DNA from: Perkinsus olseni
Lineage: Eukaryota
Direction: 5' to 3'
Length of the DNA stretch: 20,000 nt
Assembly: GCA_013115125.1 (NCBI GenBank)
Contig: JABANN010000015.1
Coordinates: 117,595 to 137,594, forward strand
Shown: positions 1 to 12,772 of the stretch, in pieces
How positions within the stretch are numbered: the stretch's first letter is position 1
Layout: every line of letters starts with the position of its first letter
Program-made: the position numbers and the translations under genes
The notes under the pieces: model-generated
Told to the model about the DNA's origin: nothing
Databases searched by the model: none
What the model saw: only the letters and a program-made list of their open reading frames with translations

Positions 1-3000
1 ATATCCCCCTGTGCACTCAGGGTACGGCTGCCTGGCTGCATGCCAGCGAGATTCCTCCTGCGGTGCCGTCAGTATCCGCCTGAGTGATGGTGCATGCTTC
101 AGTACATCCAGTAAGTGCGATCACTCTCTCCCTTCCCTCTTTGATGATCAATCTTAGGTCCCGACTTCACCACTTGCACCAACGAGCGGTCGGACTACAT
201 AGCCTTCCTCAAAGTGACTTCGCCCAGCTCCCTGAGGACGGTGAAGCCGACCCTTTCCCCAGCGGCCGAGTGTAGCGGTGCAATCGACTCTGCATCAGAC
301 TATGATGAGACAACGTGAGGACAACCTTATCGGCATTGTTCTCCTCCAGTTTGAGAGCTTGGAGAGAGCGTCATCTAATACGCCATGGCTTGTCTCAGAT
401 ACTGGGACGTTGACGTAACCGTGGGGACTCATTGCACCGCTTGGGTCGACCTCGGTCGTCCTACCATCACCTCCGAGGTGCGTCTCCTTCCTGTCCAGCT
501 GCCATCCACCTCTCCTAGGTCTTCGTAGCGATCGCCGCCTCGGACGTAGCAGCCATCGGTGCCACCTTGGACGTCACCCCCTGTCCGACTCTATCGAGGT
601 GCTCGGCCGAGAGGACCTTCTCCTGCCCACTATCCTCCCATTCCGTGGCCAGTTGGCAAGGAGCGTAGGACGACTCCCGTCCCCGGCCCGTGATTGTGCT
701 GCCAGATCCACGGCCATCGTCACCTGTTCCCTCCGCACCCAGGGCGCTCCCGTCGCCTATCGTCATTACCAAATGAAGTTCTCCAGCGGCATTCAAGTGC
801 ACGAGGTCTCTCTACGGGTAAGCTCTCCGCTCCCCTACGGTCACCCCATCTCCCCTCCCCTCAGACCATCGACTCCCCCCAGCCCCTGGCCGTGACGAGC
901 GTTAGCACCGGAAGCGATCACGTCTGCGTTACCCTCGGTGGCGCCCCCGACGTCGAAGGTGGTCTGTGATGCTGCTCCCTCGGTCCACTGTTCTGCTCCC
1001 AGGTGGTCTCAAGTGCTGGGGTCGATCGGACGACCTGCAGGCAGGCGGCCCTGTAGGGGAGGGGTGGTCGAAGTCGTCGGCGACGGGAGACCAGCTGCCG
1101 TAGGACTGATGGAGACCGAGTCTTGTTGAGCGTGATAATCGTCAGACTCCTCGCGACTGGGGTCCGGCAAGTGGTCACTGGCCTCGTCACCGACTGCATC
1201 CTCACGGCTGAGCGCCAAGTGCGGTGCTGGGGGAGCAACAAGGACGGGGTGAGGCGTATGGTGCAGGGTGCCGGGATCGAACCCGATACCTTCTCTGGTG
1301 CAGGCACTTGGTCTAGGGATGTCCTACCTGTCTAGAGGGCTCGAAGAGGCCTCTCCTGTAGCTCTGGGAACCTCAGGGCTCTCCGTCGAGCAGATCGCGG
1401 GGGCATACTACCACTTCTGCGCCGTCCTAGGTGAGGAGGGTCGCGTACTGGCGAGAAGAGGTCGCTGAACCTAATGGCCATTGCCCTGAACCATACCATC
1501 TATCCCCCACTTTTCCTCAGATGATGCCCTTGGGCGTGACCTTGTTAAGTGCTGGGGCTTCAACAACTACGGCCAGCTAGGCTTGGGGGACGTCCTGTCC
1601 CGAGGGAAGCACCATTCGCACATGGGTGAGGAGCACGGCCGTCCACAACCGTCAACGCAATTTCTCAGGAGATAACCTCCCACCAGCCGCCCTCATCTCG
1701 AGACAAGTGGCCGACATCTGCACTGGAATGACCTTCACCTGCGTCCTCGGCACCGAGGGGGTCCTCGAGTGCGCCGGATACATCCCTGGGGTCTACGAGA
1801 ACAGTAGGGATGACCGCCGGGGGCAGCTCACCGTCGGCAGGCGTCACCTTTAGATGCCTACCAAACCGTCCCGCCGCTGCCCGCTAGCGGGGTCACTCAC
1901 ATGTGCTGCGGCCGAGACTTCATCTGTGCTCTCCACGACGAGAACCAATTGAGCTGTGCTGGCAGCGACGCCAACGGCCAGCTCGGAGCCGCTGCCTCCT
2001 CTGGTAAGGCCGTCCCGTTGAGAGTCTGTGCACGTCCTGGTGGTGACACAGATACCAACATCTTCACCTCCACACTGCCCGACGAAGTTACCACAGCCGA
2101 ACTCACCTGCGGAGAGGCTAATGCCTGCCTGGTAGGATCCAGCGGCCCGCGATTCTGTCGACATGTGGTTCCTTCAGACGGACGTCACCGGGCGTATCTT
2201 CTGCTGGGGCGACTCAGGAGAGAGTCGGGCAGGTCTTGGTACCGGTAGCGTTGGCACCGAGCGTCCTGTAGAGCTGGACCTCACCCACACCGACGGAGGC
2301 TTCTTCCTCACTGCTCATCATGCGTAGGCGTCTTCCCTGCCCACCCAATTTCGCGGCGCGTGACGGAGTTGATCCTGTGGCAGATTCAACAGAGCATGGC
2401 GAGCGGTGGGAGCATGTGGCGTCTTGTGGTATACCGACGACAGCTGCATGGACGAGATCAAGCCGCTCTACAGTAGGCTGACGGTCCGCAAGATCCGCTG
2501 ACCTCGCGATCACAGGCACTCCCATCGACTCCTGCGAGGCCTACACAATGGCCGTGTTCCCCGATGCGGCGACAGTGCGGTGCTTCCGGGTCGTTGGTGG
2601 TAAGTTCGTTGTTGTCGTCGTTGTTGGACCACAGACTGCTTCAGATGGGCCGTCGTCGGGCTGGGTCGGCATCGAGCGTTTTGATGGTCTGAAGTTCACA
2701 CCAGTACACGAGGTCGCTGTTGCCCTCCCCGAGGACAGCTTTCGGGTCAATCCAGTATGCTCAGCCTACCAAGATCTCCCGTCACTATGTGCCTGTCGTT
2801 CAGCTCCCCAATAGGGTCTCCAACTACGAGAATCTCTGCGACCCTGAGGGGTCAGGGTGGAGCTCTGTCGAATGCTCCAGCGGTGAGTACAGGAGGGGCG
2901 ACCGCGGCCTTGGTAGGGCTGCCCGCAGGTACCTGCCACTACGGCCAGTGCGTGTGCCACCGAGGCTTCGAGGGCTCGGATTGCAGCTCACTCAATATAC

Positions 3001-6000
3001 GGGTGGGGATGACCTCCCTGCATCAAAGCCTCTGCTACTGCCGTCGATCAGGTTCCAGCCACCCCGAGTCCGCAAGCTCCCTCTGGGGGTCCTGATGCCG
3101 CCTCGGACGGATGTGGGGCTGAGACGTCGTGCGGAGACCACGGCACTTGCCAAAGTAAGCTCACTCCGATCAACACCTCAACGCCATGGTGTTGCCGTAG
3201 GTGTGGGGGGCTCCCAGGTCTGCGTGTGCGACGAGGGCGTCATCGGCGCCAACTGTGAGAGGGAGTGCGGCATCGATCCGTAGGGCAGCACCGTCATCCT
3301 GCCTAGCAGCTGTACCCCACCCAGATACGTCCATCGAGACTGCCTGGAGCGCGCGGGGACGCCAGTGGACGCCTCGCTTGCACGGCCAGCTAGCCCGGCC
3401 AACGTCACCACCTGCGAGTGCGACGAGGACTGGACCTTCAGAGGTGCCCCATCTCCCTCCTAGACTGCTGCCGGGATCCTGTGTCCAAGTAGGTGCCCGC
3501 TGCTCTACCAGAAGCAATCGAGGTTGCTGCAAGTTCTCAGAGGACCCAGCAGTACGTCTGTCGATCTCCTCGCTGATCCAAGCTGCCCTCGCCGTTCAGG
3601 ACCGACCGTGGTGCAAATGCAAGGGGGTGGCGGTCTGGCACGACGACTTCTTCGAGGCCGACACGTGGCAGTTCTGCGGCATCGGCTGGAAGTGCTGGCC
3701 CAATAGTGGCGTGTCCGGTACCTTCCTACGGTCACTCCCCCTGGTCTAGCAGGTTGCTGTAGATAACAATCATGAAAGTCGGACCCTGCCCTCCTTGGAT
3801 GAGTGCAAACTCTTTTGCCTCAATTTCGGGGCGTGTGAGAATATTGAGTAAGAGGCTGGGGTTTCGAGGCCCGGCATGGTGATGGCAGCCGATGGCAGAT
3901 ACGACAGTCGTACAGGCCTGTGCAACTTGTCCGTCATGAAGAAGGAGATCACTGGGTGGAACAACGGTGATGAGAGCGACTTCGTGAGTCGAACTCTGCC
4001 GCTGCTGGGCCCCTATTTGTCATCTCCATCTGGCCCAGATACTCTGCGAGCCCGTCAGTGACCTCTGCCACGCGGTAGACTGCGGGCTGCATGGCCGATG
4101 TACCGTCGAGGATGGCGGTAGAGTCGGCTGTGAGTGCACGGACGGCTACAGCGGTGCCTGGTGTGATGTGCCTCCTCCCGACGACCCTTGCCAGTTCCGT
4201 CGATGTAAGGCAGGCAGCTGGTGATGATGATCAGCTCCCCGGCCCTCCATCATTATACAGGTCCTGAGCACGGCATGTGCGCTGTGGCAGCGGCAGCAGC
4301 GTCGGGAACTGTTGGCCTCTCTCGCGAGGAGTGGATACTCGCCGTTACCACATGTCAGTTCCCTCTGCCGGCATTGTTCTTGCCAAGCCCGCTTGTTCGC
4401 CAGGCACTTGTGACGTGGGTTGGGAGGACGGCTCCCCTGCAGAAGCGCAGTGTTCCCGCCATATCCACCTTGACGTGAGTTCTACTGTCCCTCTCCACCG
4501 CTACGCTGCTGCCTCCTTAGGTCACCGTGGTAGTCGGTATACCAGTGGTAGGAGCCATCACCAAAATGGCCGCGGCTGTCACGCTTTTGAGGAGGTGAGA
4601 CTGAGGGTCTCTCTCGGTTCGCATCTTCCGACTCTGTCTTTGGCCAGCATAACCCTGGCACTACAATCTGCGGCTCCGTTCCTCCGCCTGAAGCTCAACG
4701 ACGTCGACGCTATCACCAATGGCCCGACTATAGTGACCCTCACAGTGAGCCCTCTCGACAGCGCATCTTTCTTTCCATCATTGCCATTGGTCACAGGTCC
4801 TCGCGCCTCCTGATGATGGCTACTACTCTGAGGAAATGGTCAACCTTATTGATGCGGCTCTCTCTGATGCGAGCGGTTTCTTGCGTGAGTCCTCTCTCGC
4901 CTCGTTCACAACGATCTCGGGCCGCGGGCATTCGCTCGGCTCAGGTACGCAGTCACCGCTGGCTGGTATCACAGACCAACATAGTGGAAGATTCACCCTC
5001 GATATGGTAGCCTTGCGGCCCCTCTTTAACTCTCATCCTCGGGATCTTTCAGGTCTCAGCGGTGCCGGTCTCGATGGCCACTGCAAGTATTGCCACCAAG
5101 CACATCTTGTTAAGCATAGTCGTTCAGACTGACCGCCTCACTGCGAATGAGATGGCTCTGGTTCTACGGTCCAAGGGAGGTCAGCCCATCAGATAATCTC
5201 TGTTCCAGCATAGCTTTGATGCTCCCGATAGGTATCGCTGCCGTACTGGCGACCAACGCCGGAGACACCGTTATTAAGGAACGCTACAGCAGCCGAAGCG
5301 CACGGTGAGAAGCTCCCTTCCTAGCTGGCTCCAGCTGGTCGCCTGAATGATACAGATCCTCGCCTGAGTTTACGATCGTCGAGAGTGAAGGCTTCCTCTC
5401 CAGTGCTAGCCCAGTGGTATCTGCCTCCACTATAACAGTCGCACCGGTGTGGTGGGAGGCGCAGGAACAGCAAGGCAACGTCACTACGGACGGTGAGTGG
5501 TCCGCCGCGAAAAGGATTGCTGCCATGGTGGTCTCAGGTCCCGAGGTGTCTCCCGGAGAGACCTCTTCCCTTCTGCCAATCTTAGCGTGTGCCGTTTCCG
5601 GGTTCGTATTGGTAGTGGCAGTCGGCGGCATTTGGCTGTGGAAACGCGACCGCGCGAAACGCTTGGCATCTATTGTTGCGGAAGAGGTAGATCGCTGAGT
5701 AGGTCTCATCGTCATCGTCACCTTCCAGGATCCGATTGTGTTCGCCCGAGGCTCGACGGTGCGAAGCAAACCCCAGGTGTATCCGTCAGAGGCCCCGGAT
5801 AGCGGTAAAGCATCAACCCCGGTGACCCCTGAGGGTGGAACGGCTGGGAGCCCCTTCGACAACACAGCAAGTGAGAAGGACGTCAAAGCCTTGTGTCGAG
5901 GAGGCGCGAAACAGGTACATCAGACGACCCGATGGCCAACTCCTTCACATCGCATGGGAGCAAGTACAGATATACCGTGCACGGGGACCCTTCCTCACGG

Positions 6001-6721
6001 TGGGTTGCCGAAGTGTTTGCCCTGAGCTGGTCGCACTCACGCCTCCATTGTAGCTCCTCACAGAACCGCAGCAGCCGGCGCAGAACAGAGGGTGCTCGGG
6101 CATCCAGGCTGAAAGCACCAACGCTGGGCGAGAGTCGATGGGTATGCCACCATTCGTGGCAAAGATGTGCACTGTCTCTCACACCCACTCTGACTTCTAT
6201 CGAGCAGGTTCGTCCCCATGGTGGTGAAGGGGGACCGTCAAGACCAGAACAGCGGAAGAGCCACATGTGGTCGGTAGACGATGGTGAGAGAAAGCCACAG
6301 CTAGAGCAGGACGACCGGAACCGTCCTGTATTAGGTACGGGCGATCTGGCCATACCTGACACGATCAATCCGAAGAGGCGTCCCTCATTGATCGCTCCTG
6401 GGAAAGACCCGGTCGCCGAGGTCAGACCGCTCACCTCACGTCCGCTGCGACGGCGAAGCTTGCCTTTGGCGCAGGTCAAAGAAGACATCCTTGAGTGGAC
6501 GCACTGTCATCTCGATGCTGTGGATGTTGACGCGAGAAGGAAGGCATTCCGACAACTACAGGTGAATGCCTCGTCAAATGTTACACCACCGAATCAGATC
6601 ACTTTCCTAGGCGCTGTGGCATCCGGACAAGTTCGATGACGATCCGTCTAAGGCGGCTGTGACAGTGGTCTTTCAGTACCTGCAGTCTTTGAAGCAAATG
6701 TTCACTTCCGATAAAGAATGA
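1..6721 (+). CDS. Large multi-exon single-pass membrane protein (5' end lies outside the window): Cys-rich N-terminal modules, RCC1/BLIP-II repeats, EGF-like repeats, TM helix, cytosolic tail ending in a J-domain
   Basis: RCC1-type repeats in spliced exons: VSTGSDHVCVTL, GLKCWG, QVRCWGSN, VKCWGFNNYGQLGLGD, ICTGMTFTCVL. EGF-like motifs: CHYGQCVCHRGFEGSDCS, CVCDEGVIGANCEREC, CECTDGYSGAWCD. TM helix LLPILACAVSGFVLVVAVGGIWLW at 5570-5641 is followed by basic KRDRAKR. I traced frame continuity manually from ~4800 to the stop TGA at 6719-6721 through short GT-AG introns. Not every upstream junction was traced. Confidence 0.8.
6480..6721 (+). other. C-terminal DnaJ-like J-domain (HPD motif) of the membrane protein
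   Basis: Removing intron 6562-6610 (gtgaat...cctag) gives DARRKAFRQLQ|ALWHPDKFDDDPSKAAVTVVFQYLQSLKQMFTSDKE*. HPD is at 6620-6628. Confidence 0.8.
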
Positions 6722-6817
6722 CCCTCGTACAGTTGCTTGCTCGTTCCTCTCGGCTTTGGCCACGATTGTTCATGTCATATTTGCATGTTAGCGGCTTCCC
6801 GCGTTCTTGTCGCCCTA

Positions 6818-8169
6818 ATGGCTCCAAATAAGAGTTTTGTTCTCTCTATCGGGAGTGGAGAGAAAAGACTCAGCAAATGGACGCGAATTAACGAAGAATT
6901 GAGGATAGCCTGGTCTCCGTTGCGATGTTACCTTCCGCGTCCTCACAACGCCTGGAATCAAGCTCGACGTTCACCAGGGACGAAGAGATTGCCAATCTTG
7001 TCCGAACGTAACAGCCTCACCGCGCCATAAGCCACGATTCTGTTGGGTGTTGTAGCTACCAAGAACAACTCGCGGAGATCGCCGCGGCCAACAGTACACT
7101 CGTTGATGATAAGGAAAGACTGGCTATACTGCTCGAGCCGTACATGGACGCTGAGGGCCGAATGAGGGTGGGGAGATGCTCACCTGCGTCCTTGTGTGTA
7201 TCGAAGCGATGCAGTTACCAGATGGAGCGTCGAGTATTGACCCCAACATAAGGATTCTCAAGGAGGGCCTCGACCTCCGCCTTCAAGAGTTCTGGGACAG
7301 TTTCCAACGGCTACAGCAGATCGAAAGGTACAGGGCTTGTCGCTACTGGAGATCCGAGCATCGTTTCCCAGGCGGCTTTCGCGGAAGATAGACGAAACGG
7401 CGATGGAGTATCAGCACGCCATTTCTGACGTGTCCGGGCTTTGCGACAAAAGGGTGAGGTCTTTGCATCGGTCACTCGTCCAAGTTCTCTATGTATTCAG
7501 ATATTGAAGCGCCTTCGAGAGCAGCAACGCCAAATAACCTTACAACAAGTTGAAAACGATCAGCTGCGCTTCGAGAGGGACACGTTGTACGACCGGCTAG
7601 CGTACAGAAGTGCCGCTCGAGGTGGTCTTTTCGCAGGAACTACGAGCTCCAACGTCTGCGGCAAATCCTACTGCGAGATCCCAACTTCAACGGTTCCCTC
7701 GATAACGCCACACTATTCGAAGACCACAGTCGAGCGGTAAGGCAATATGCCTTTGGGACCCCCAGTGCAGCGCTCTCTCGCACGGTGAGGCTCATCACGC
7801 CAGGTTCGTGAGCAGCATCAGGATCTCAGAGACCAAATGAGGTCGCAGATGCCAGCTACGTTTCGTGAAAACGTGGAACGCGAGGGAGATGAGGTGAGCC
7901 TTAAACAGCAACTGCTGCCTTGAGCATGTCATTCCGTCAGGCAGCGGGCGGTACTTCTGCCCAAGCGGTGACGAGCCCTTCTGCAGACTTGACGACAGTT
8001 ATTCAGCCTGAGGGGGAGCTTCAAGGTCACTCGTCGTTTGAAACAATCATGAGCTACATAGGACTGGGCAGCGGAGGTGAGTTATAAGTCCCTCGGAGAT
8101 GCATGAGCGGACACTCAACGTTCAGGTGCGCCAGCCGCGCCCGTCAGACGCGTCTCGCAATTTCTGTGA
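6818..8169 (+). CDS. Hypothetical multi-exon coiled-coil protein
   Basis: Exons are rich in E/Q/R/L heptads (YQEQLAEIAAANSTLVDDKERL; ILKRLREQQRQITLQQVENDQLRFERDTL) and are separated by short GT-AG introns. The last exon reads GAPAAPVRRVSQFL with TGA at 8167-8169. The start ATG at 6818 is tentative. Confidence 0.55.
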
Positions 8170-8598
8170 CGCAGGTCTCGCGCACGCATATGCGTCTTAG
8201 CATGAACGGCTGTAGTATTTTACTAGCATCACGAGTGTCCCGCGTTGTAAAGAGTAGATGCAACACCGACAAGAGTAGCGAGTCGATCGATACACTTAAC
8301 GGCGCAGCATCGTCGTATAGACTTAAAGGGCCTGAGCTACTCAATCCGACAAGAATAGCAGTCTTTGAGGGTGCAAACCGCCCGACCCTGAGTTGATTCA
8401 CTAACAAAAGACGAATGAGGGTTTTGCAAAAACCATACCAATACTACAAAGCGAGTTAAACAAATATGCAAGTAATCATCATCGGGATGAACTCCATCCC
8501 TGCTACTACGACGGCACCCGGCCTGCAATAATCAATCGTTGTGAAAGGAAAATAGTCGGCAAGCACTATATAACATATCGGCCGAGGCTCAAAGCCTT

Positions 8599-9225
8599 TC
8601 ACGTCGATCGTCGCTTACGTTTCCGACCGCTACTCGCGGTGGACTGCACTTCTTTCTCGTGCTCTTCGGCCAAATGCCGCAACACCTTGTCGAGAGCCGT
8701 CGACATCATAGTGTTGAAGATAGAGTGCAACTCGAGGGCGTATTCGTACTCAAGAGACCCGGGCTGGTTGAAGGTGTAGGCGTTGACGAACATCTGCCTC
8801 ATGTCAGCTTCAAAGTCAGCTCGTGAGGCGTAAAACCAAGAATCAAGTCGGTTGAGTATCATCGAAATGTCGACTGGAACAGTAATCATCTCGTAGTAAC
8901 CGGGGACCCATTTGGGGACAGGCTTCATGAAAGGCGCCGCCAGCTCCTTGTTCATGCGTACCATGTGTTGCACCAACCTCCGGTACTCGTTGCGCTCGAA
9001 CTCAGGCATACCCGAAGAAGGAGCAGCTGCCTTCTTTCTGCCTCGTCTAGCAGAAGCTTTCTCAGGCGTGCTAGTACGTGACCCTGAAGAGCTGCTTGGT
9101 GCACCCTCGGACTTACTGGTAGTAGTGCAAGACCTTCGCTGACAGGAGGGTATGATGAGATTGAGGTCGACCTTGGACACTGAGGGGGTACGGGTCTTCT
9201 TGCGGACTGGGGCCGTGGTGGTCAT
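8599..9225 (-). CDS. Single-bromodomain protein, intronless
   Basis: PFMKPVPKWVPGYYEMITVPVDISMILNRL...YASRADFEADMRQMFVNAYTFNQPGSLEY is a canonical bromodomain with the acetyl-lysine-binding Asn. It has a basic/Ser-rich N-terminus and a C-terminal NLS-like GRKRKRR. The first in-frame ATG is at 9225, and the ORF track extends the open frame to 9360. Confidence 0.9.
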   Translation of the reverse strand: MTTTAPVRKKTRTPSVSKVDLNLIIPSCQRRSCTTTSKSEGAPSSSSGSRTSTPEKASARRGRKKAAAPSSGMPEFERNEYRRLVQHMVRMNKELAAPFMKPVPKWVPGYYEMITVPVDISMILNRLDSWFYASRADFEADMRQMFVNAYTFNQPGSLEYEYALELHSIFNTMMSTALDKVLRHLAEEHEKEVQSTASSGRKRKRRST

Positions 9226-9361
9226 GCTGTCTTCCACGAGCGAGTAGCCGGTGTCACAGATCAAACCAGAGAGGAAGTCCACTTCGAAGTCCGAGAGTAG
9301 ACAGTGTCCAGCAGCTGGTGAGTGGCGATCGAAGCTTGGCTGAAGAGCAGAAGAGCACAAT

Positions 9362-9490
9362 CAACATCATTATCATCATCATCGAGGAAGCCCTCAAGAG
9401 GCGACCCTCAGCGGCAGCAAAAGTCATAATAAGCCCACACTTCCATCACCACTCGCATGACCACCGACAATATTATCATCACAACAACAA
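9362..9490. repeat. Low-complexity CAT/CAC/CAA-rich tract upstream of the bromodomain gene
   Basis: catcattatcatcatcatc, ccatcaccac and tcatcacaacaacaa are seen directly. Confidence 0.5.
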
Positions 9491-10228
9491 ACGCGCAGCG
9501 TTATGATGCTGAATGTGACGATAACCTCAAACGCTCGCTTGAGAACCACACGGAGGCATAACAAGCCTTACGTTAATATCCGCACCAGTCTCTGTACTGG
9601 CGTCTGACATTCCACACACCTTCGATGTCGCCATCGTCGGTTTGATACTCCGGGGGCCGTGCTGGGAGCAGCACGCAGCTTCCATGATTTATGAAACGCT
9701 AAACACGATCTCGCTACGCCATACTAATCGATCACAAGCATACCTTGCAAAGATCGACCTCATGACGAGCCGTTTCATCCAACCGTTTCCTCTCAACTCT
9801 AGCATGAATAACCCAGAGTTGAACCACCCATCATGCACGCTTAACTCTCACACCTCCTTGCTTGCTGGCCTATGAACGTGCCAGCATCTTGTGCATGCGT
9901 GCATCACAACGATGGGGACAGGCGGATACCAATTGTGTTGCCGAGGCTAGGACGCGATGAAGCCACAGGTTGGCTCAATCACGAATGGAATCGGCGACTT
10001 CGCATTCATTGTTCTCGACACAACTTCTGTCTCCCTTCAGGCTTCCCAACAACTACTCTTATGATAACACAACAGTTTCCGCGCCACTCCACCCTAGTGG
10101 GCGGCGCCTTGGGACATGCTCTCTCAGTGGTATGGAAAACAATGGAAATCCCAATGTGAAGGAACCCTTACTAATTGCGCTCAGGTTGACCCCGAAACGA
10201 TCTTCGTGAATTCATCGGAGAAAAGACA

Positions 10229-10922
10229 TCACTGTGGGACCTCGACAGCATGGGCCTTCCGGTACTCCTCCTCAGTGAAGAAGTTCTTTCCATCAGCCTC
10301 GATATCTCCTCTGCGAATGACCGTCTATAGAGACTCGCCAGGCCACGCCATCTTACTCGTAATGCATTCGCAGCAGCCAGCCGTCGTGCTCGGGGTCGAG
10401 GTTGCCCAGGTCTGGCGTCTCTCGCACTTCAACGTTCGTCTCCAACACCTCAGCAGCGTCCACAGGGCAAAGACTGAACGGGAAACAAATCATCGACTTT
10501 CGGCCTTTCTACACGTTCCTACACTTCCTCGACAGCCTTCACGCTCTCGAGAGTGCAGAGCACCTCGTTCTTGTGAAACACCGAGCCCACCGTCGGCAAG
10601 TCTACGTACCTGACACACCCCAGTGCCTCCAACGACGAGCCCCGTCCAAGAGAACCTGATGGGGGCGTGAAGAGACTTACACTAACTCACCAATTTCGTC
10701 TTGGGCGAAGTCAGTGACACCAATGGTAGCTACATGCTCATCGGCTCCGGTGGGGGCGATCCACTCGTGGTCCTTAGTGAACACCAGGCCTGTGACGAGC
10801 GATGAGGTCAAGTGGACTCAGACGCCCATCCTACCCGAGAAGGAGCGGAACCCTCGGGCTGCTAGAGGGGCCATCGACCGCTGAACAGCAGGGAAGACAC
10901 CACGGGTGAGGCTACTGAGCAT
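10229..10922 (-). CDS. GCSH: Glycine cleavage system H protein with mitochondrial-type presequence (5 exons)
   Basis: Spliced: MLSSLTRGVFPAVQRSMAPLAARGFRSFSG LVFTKDHEWI...ATIGVTDFAQDEIGELVYVDLPTVG...LESVKAVEEVLCPVD...LGNLDPEHDGWLLRM...EEEYRKAHAVEVPQ*. The lipoyl-lysine motif ESVKA is present. The N-terminus is Arg/Ser-rich and lacks acidic residues. Confidence 0.93.
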
Positions 10923-11776
10923 AGGGAAGAGAAAGGAACTGTTGCTGACGAAAGATGGGCGTGATGAGGGAAACCTTCTTAAGTACTCGAGATCTCTGGG
11001 AAAAATCGACGAGGCTGCCGTAAATGCAGAGGCCTTGGCAAGGCCTCTAGGCGGTAAGAGAATACAAGCCCAGCCTGGGCCCCAAGACGACCGGTACTGC
11101 AAGAGAAGCAACAACAGGCCATCACTGGTAATACTAATGCAGCTACTGCTACTGCATAATGATAACACTGAGTAAACGGCCACAAAATAACTCGCACCGA
11201 GATGCACGCTCACGGCGCCTCCCCTCATCACCCCACCCAAGTCCTGTCGCACACTACGGAAGCAGCGGACACTTCTCACTGAGCACCAATAGTACTACCC
11301 TAGCGGTGGAATCAGCCCTCAAACGACCATTTCGAGCGGCTCATCGAACTGGTGGAAATTTTCTAATACCTCCCAGCCCTTCCTACTACGAGTAGAGATG
11401 CCCCCCCCCCCTCGTGAGCAGATGCTGACAGCGGCCAAGGCTGCTCTGTGGTAGAGGGTGGAAGAAGATGCCCGCACGATGAGACCTGGAAAGCTACGAA
11501 GAAAGCCTCGATCGGTGTAAATTTCGCCCGGAAGAATCGATTAACGCTCGAAAATATATTTCCGTTAATAGCACATCAAGAGCCGAAGCCACACCAATGA
11601 GACTAAAGAGATTCGAGCACTTCTGAGCTTCGGCGAAGATAGCTTTGCGACGATACTCACCAAAGCAACTACAAATCCTATTCGATCAGCTAGAGCCGTC
11701 GCTTCCACCGCCGTTTTGTAGCGTGAGAAAATGTCCGGTATGGAATTTTCGCACGCCTTAAAACGTCGCAAGATAA

Positions 11777-12484
<708 letters not shown>

Positions 12485-12772
12485 ACATCGTTACATCTCA
12501 ATTGCAGTTATCGAAGATGATCCGAGACTTTTTACTGAGCAGTGCCGGATGACGGTGACACTGGCCACGGCATCTAGCGCCCCCGATTGCACCTTTTCTG
12601 TTATCATCACTTTAAATCTGTTGTGTCGCGTTGTCGAGTGGACCACCTGAACCACCGGATCAACGTCGCTGGCTTGCGCGGTGGAAGCTAAGCGGCTGCA
12701 GGTCGCCGAATTTCTGCCGAAAATTTAGGTTACCGATTGTTTGCACTATTTAGTGCTCGTCCTTTTGCGGGG

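Noticed and set aside
5284-6488. Two ~200 aa minus-strand ORFs (and similar antisense ORFs elsewhere)
   Set aside because: Shadow ORFs antisense to GC-rich coding exons.
9600-10210. Several overlapping 77-95 aa ORFs
   Set aside because: No protein-like motifs or consistent splice model.
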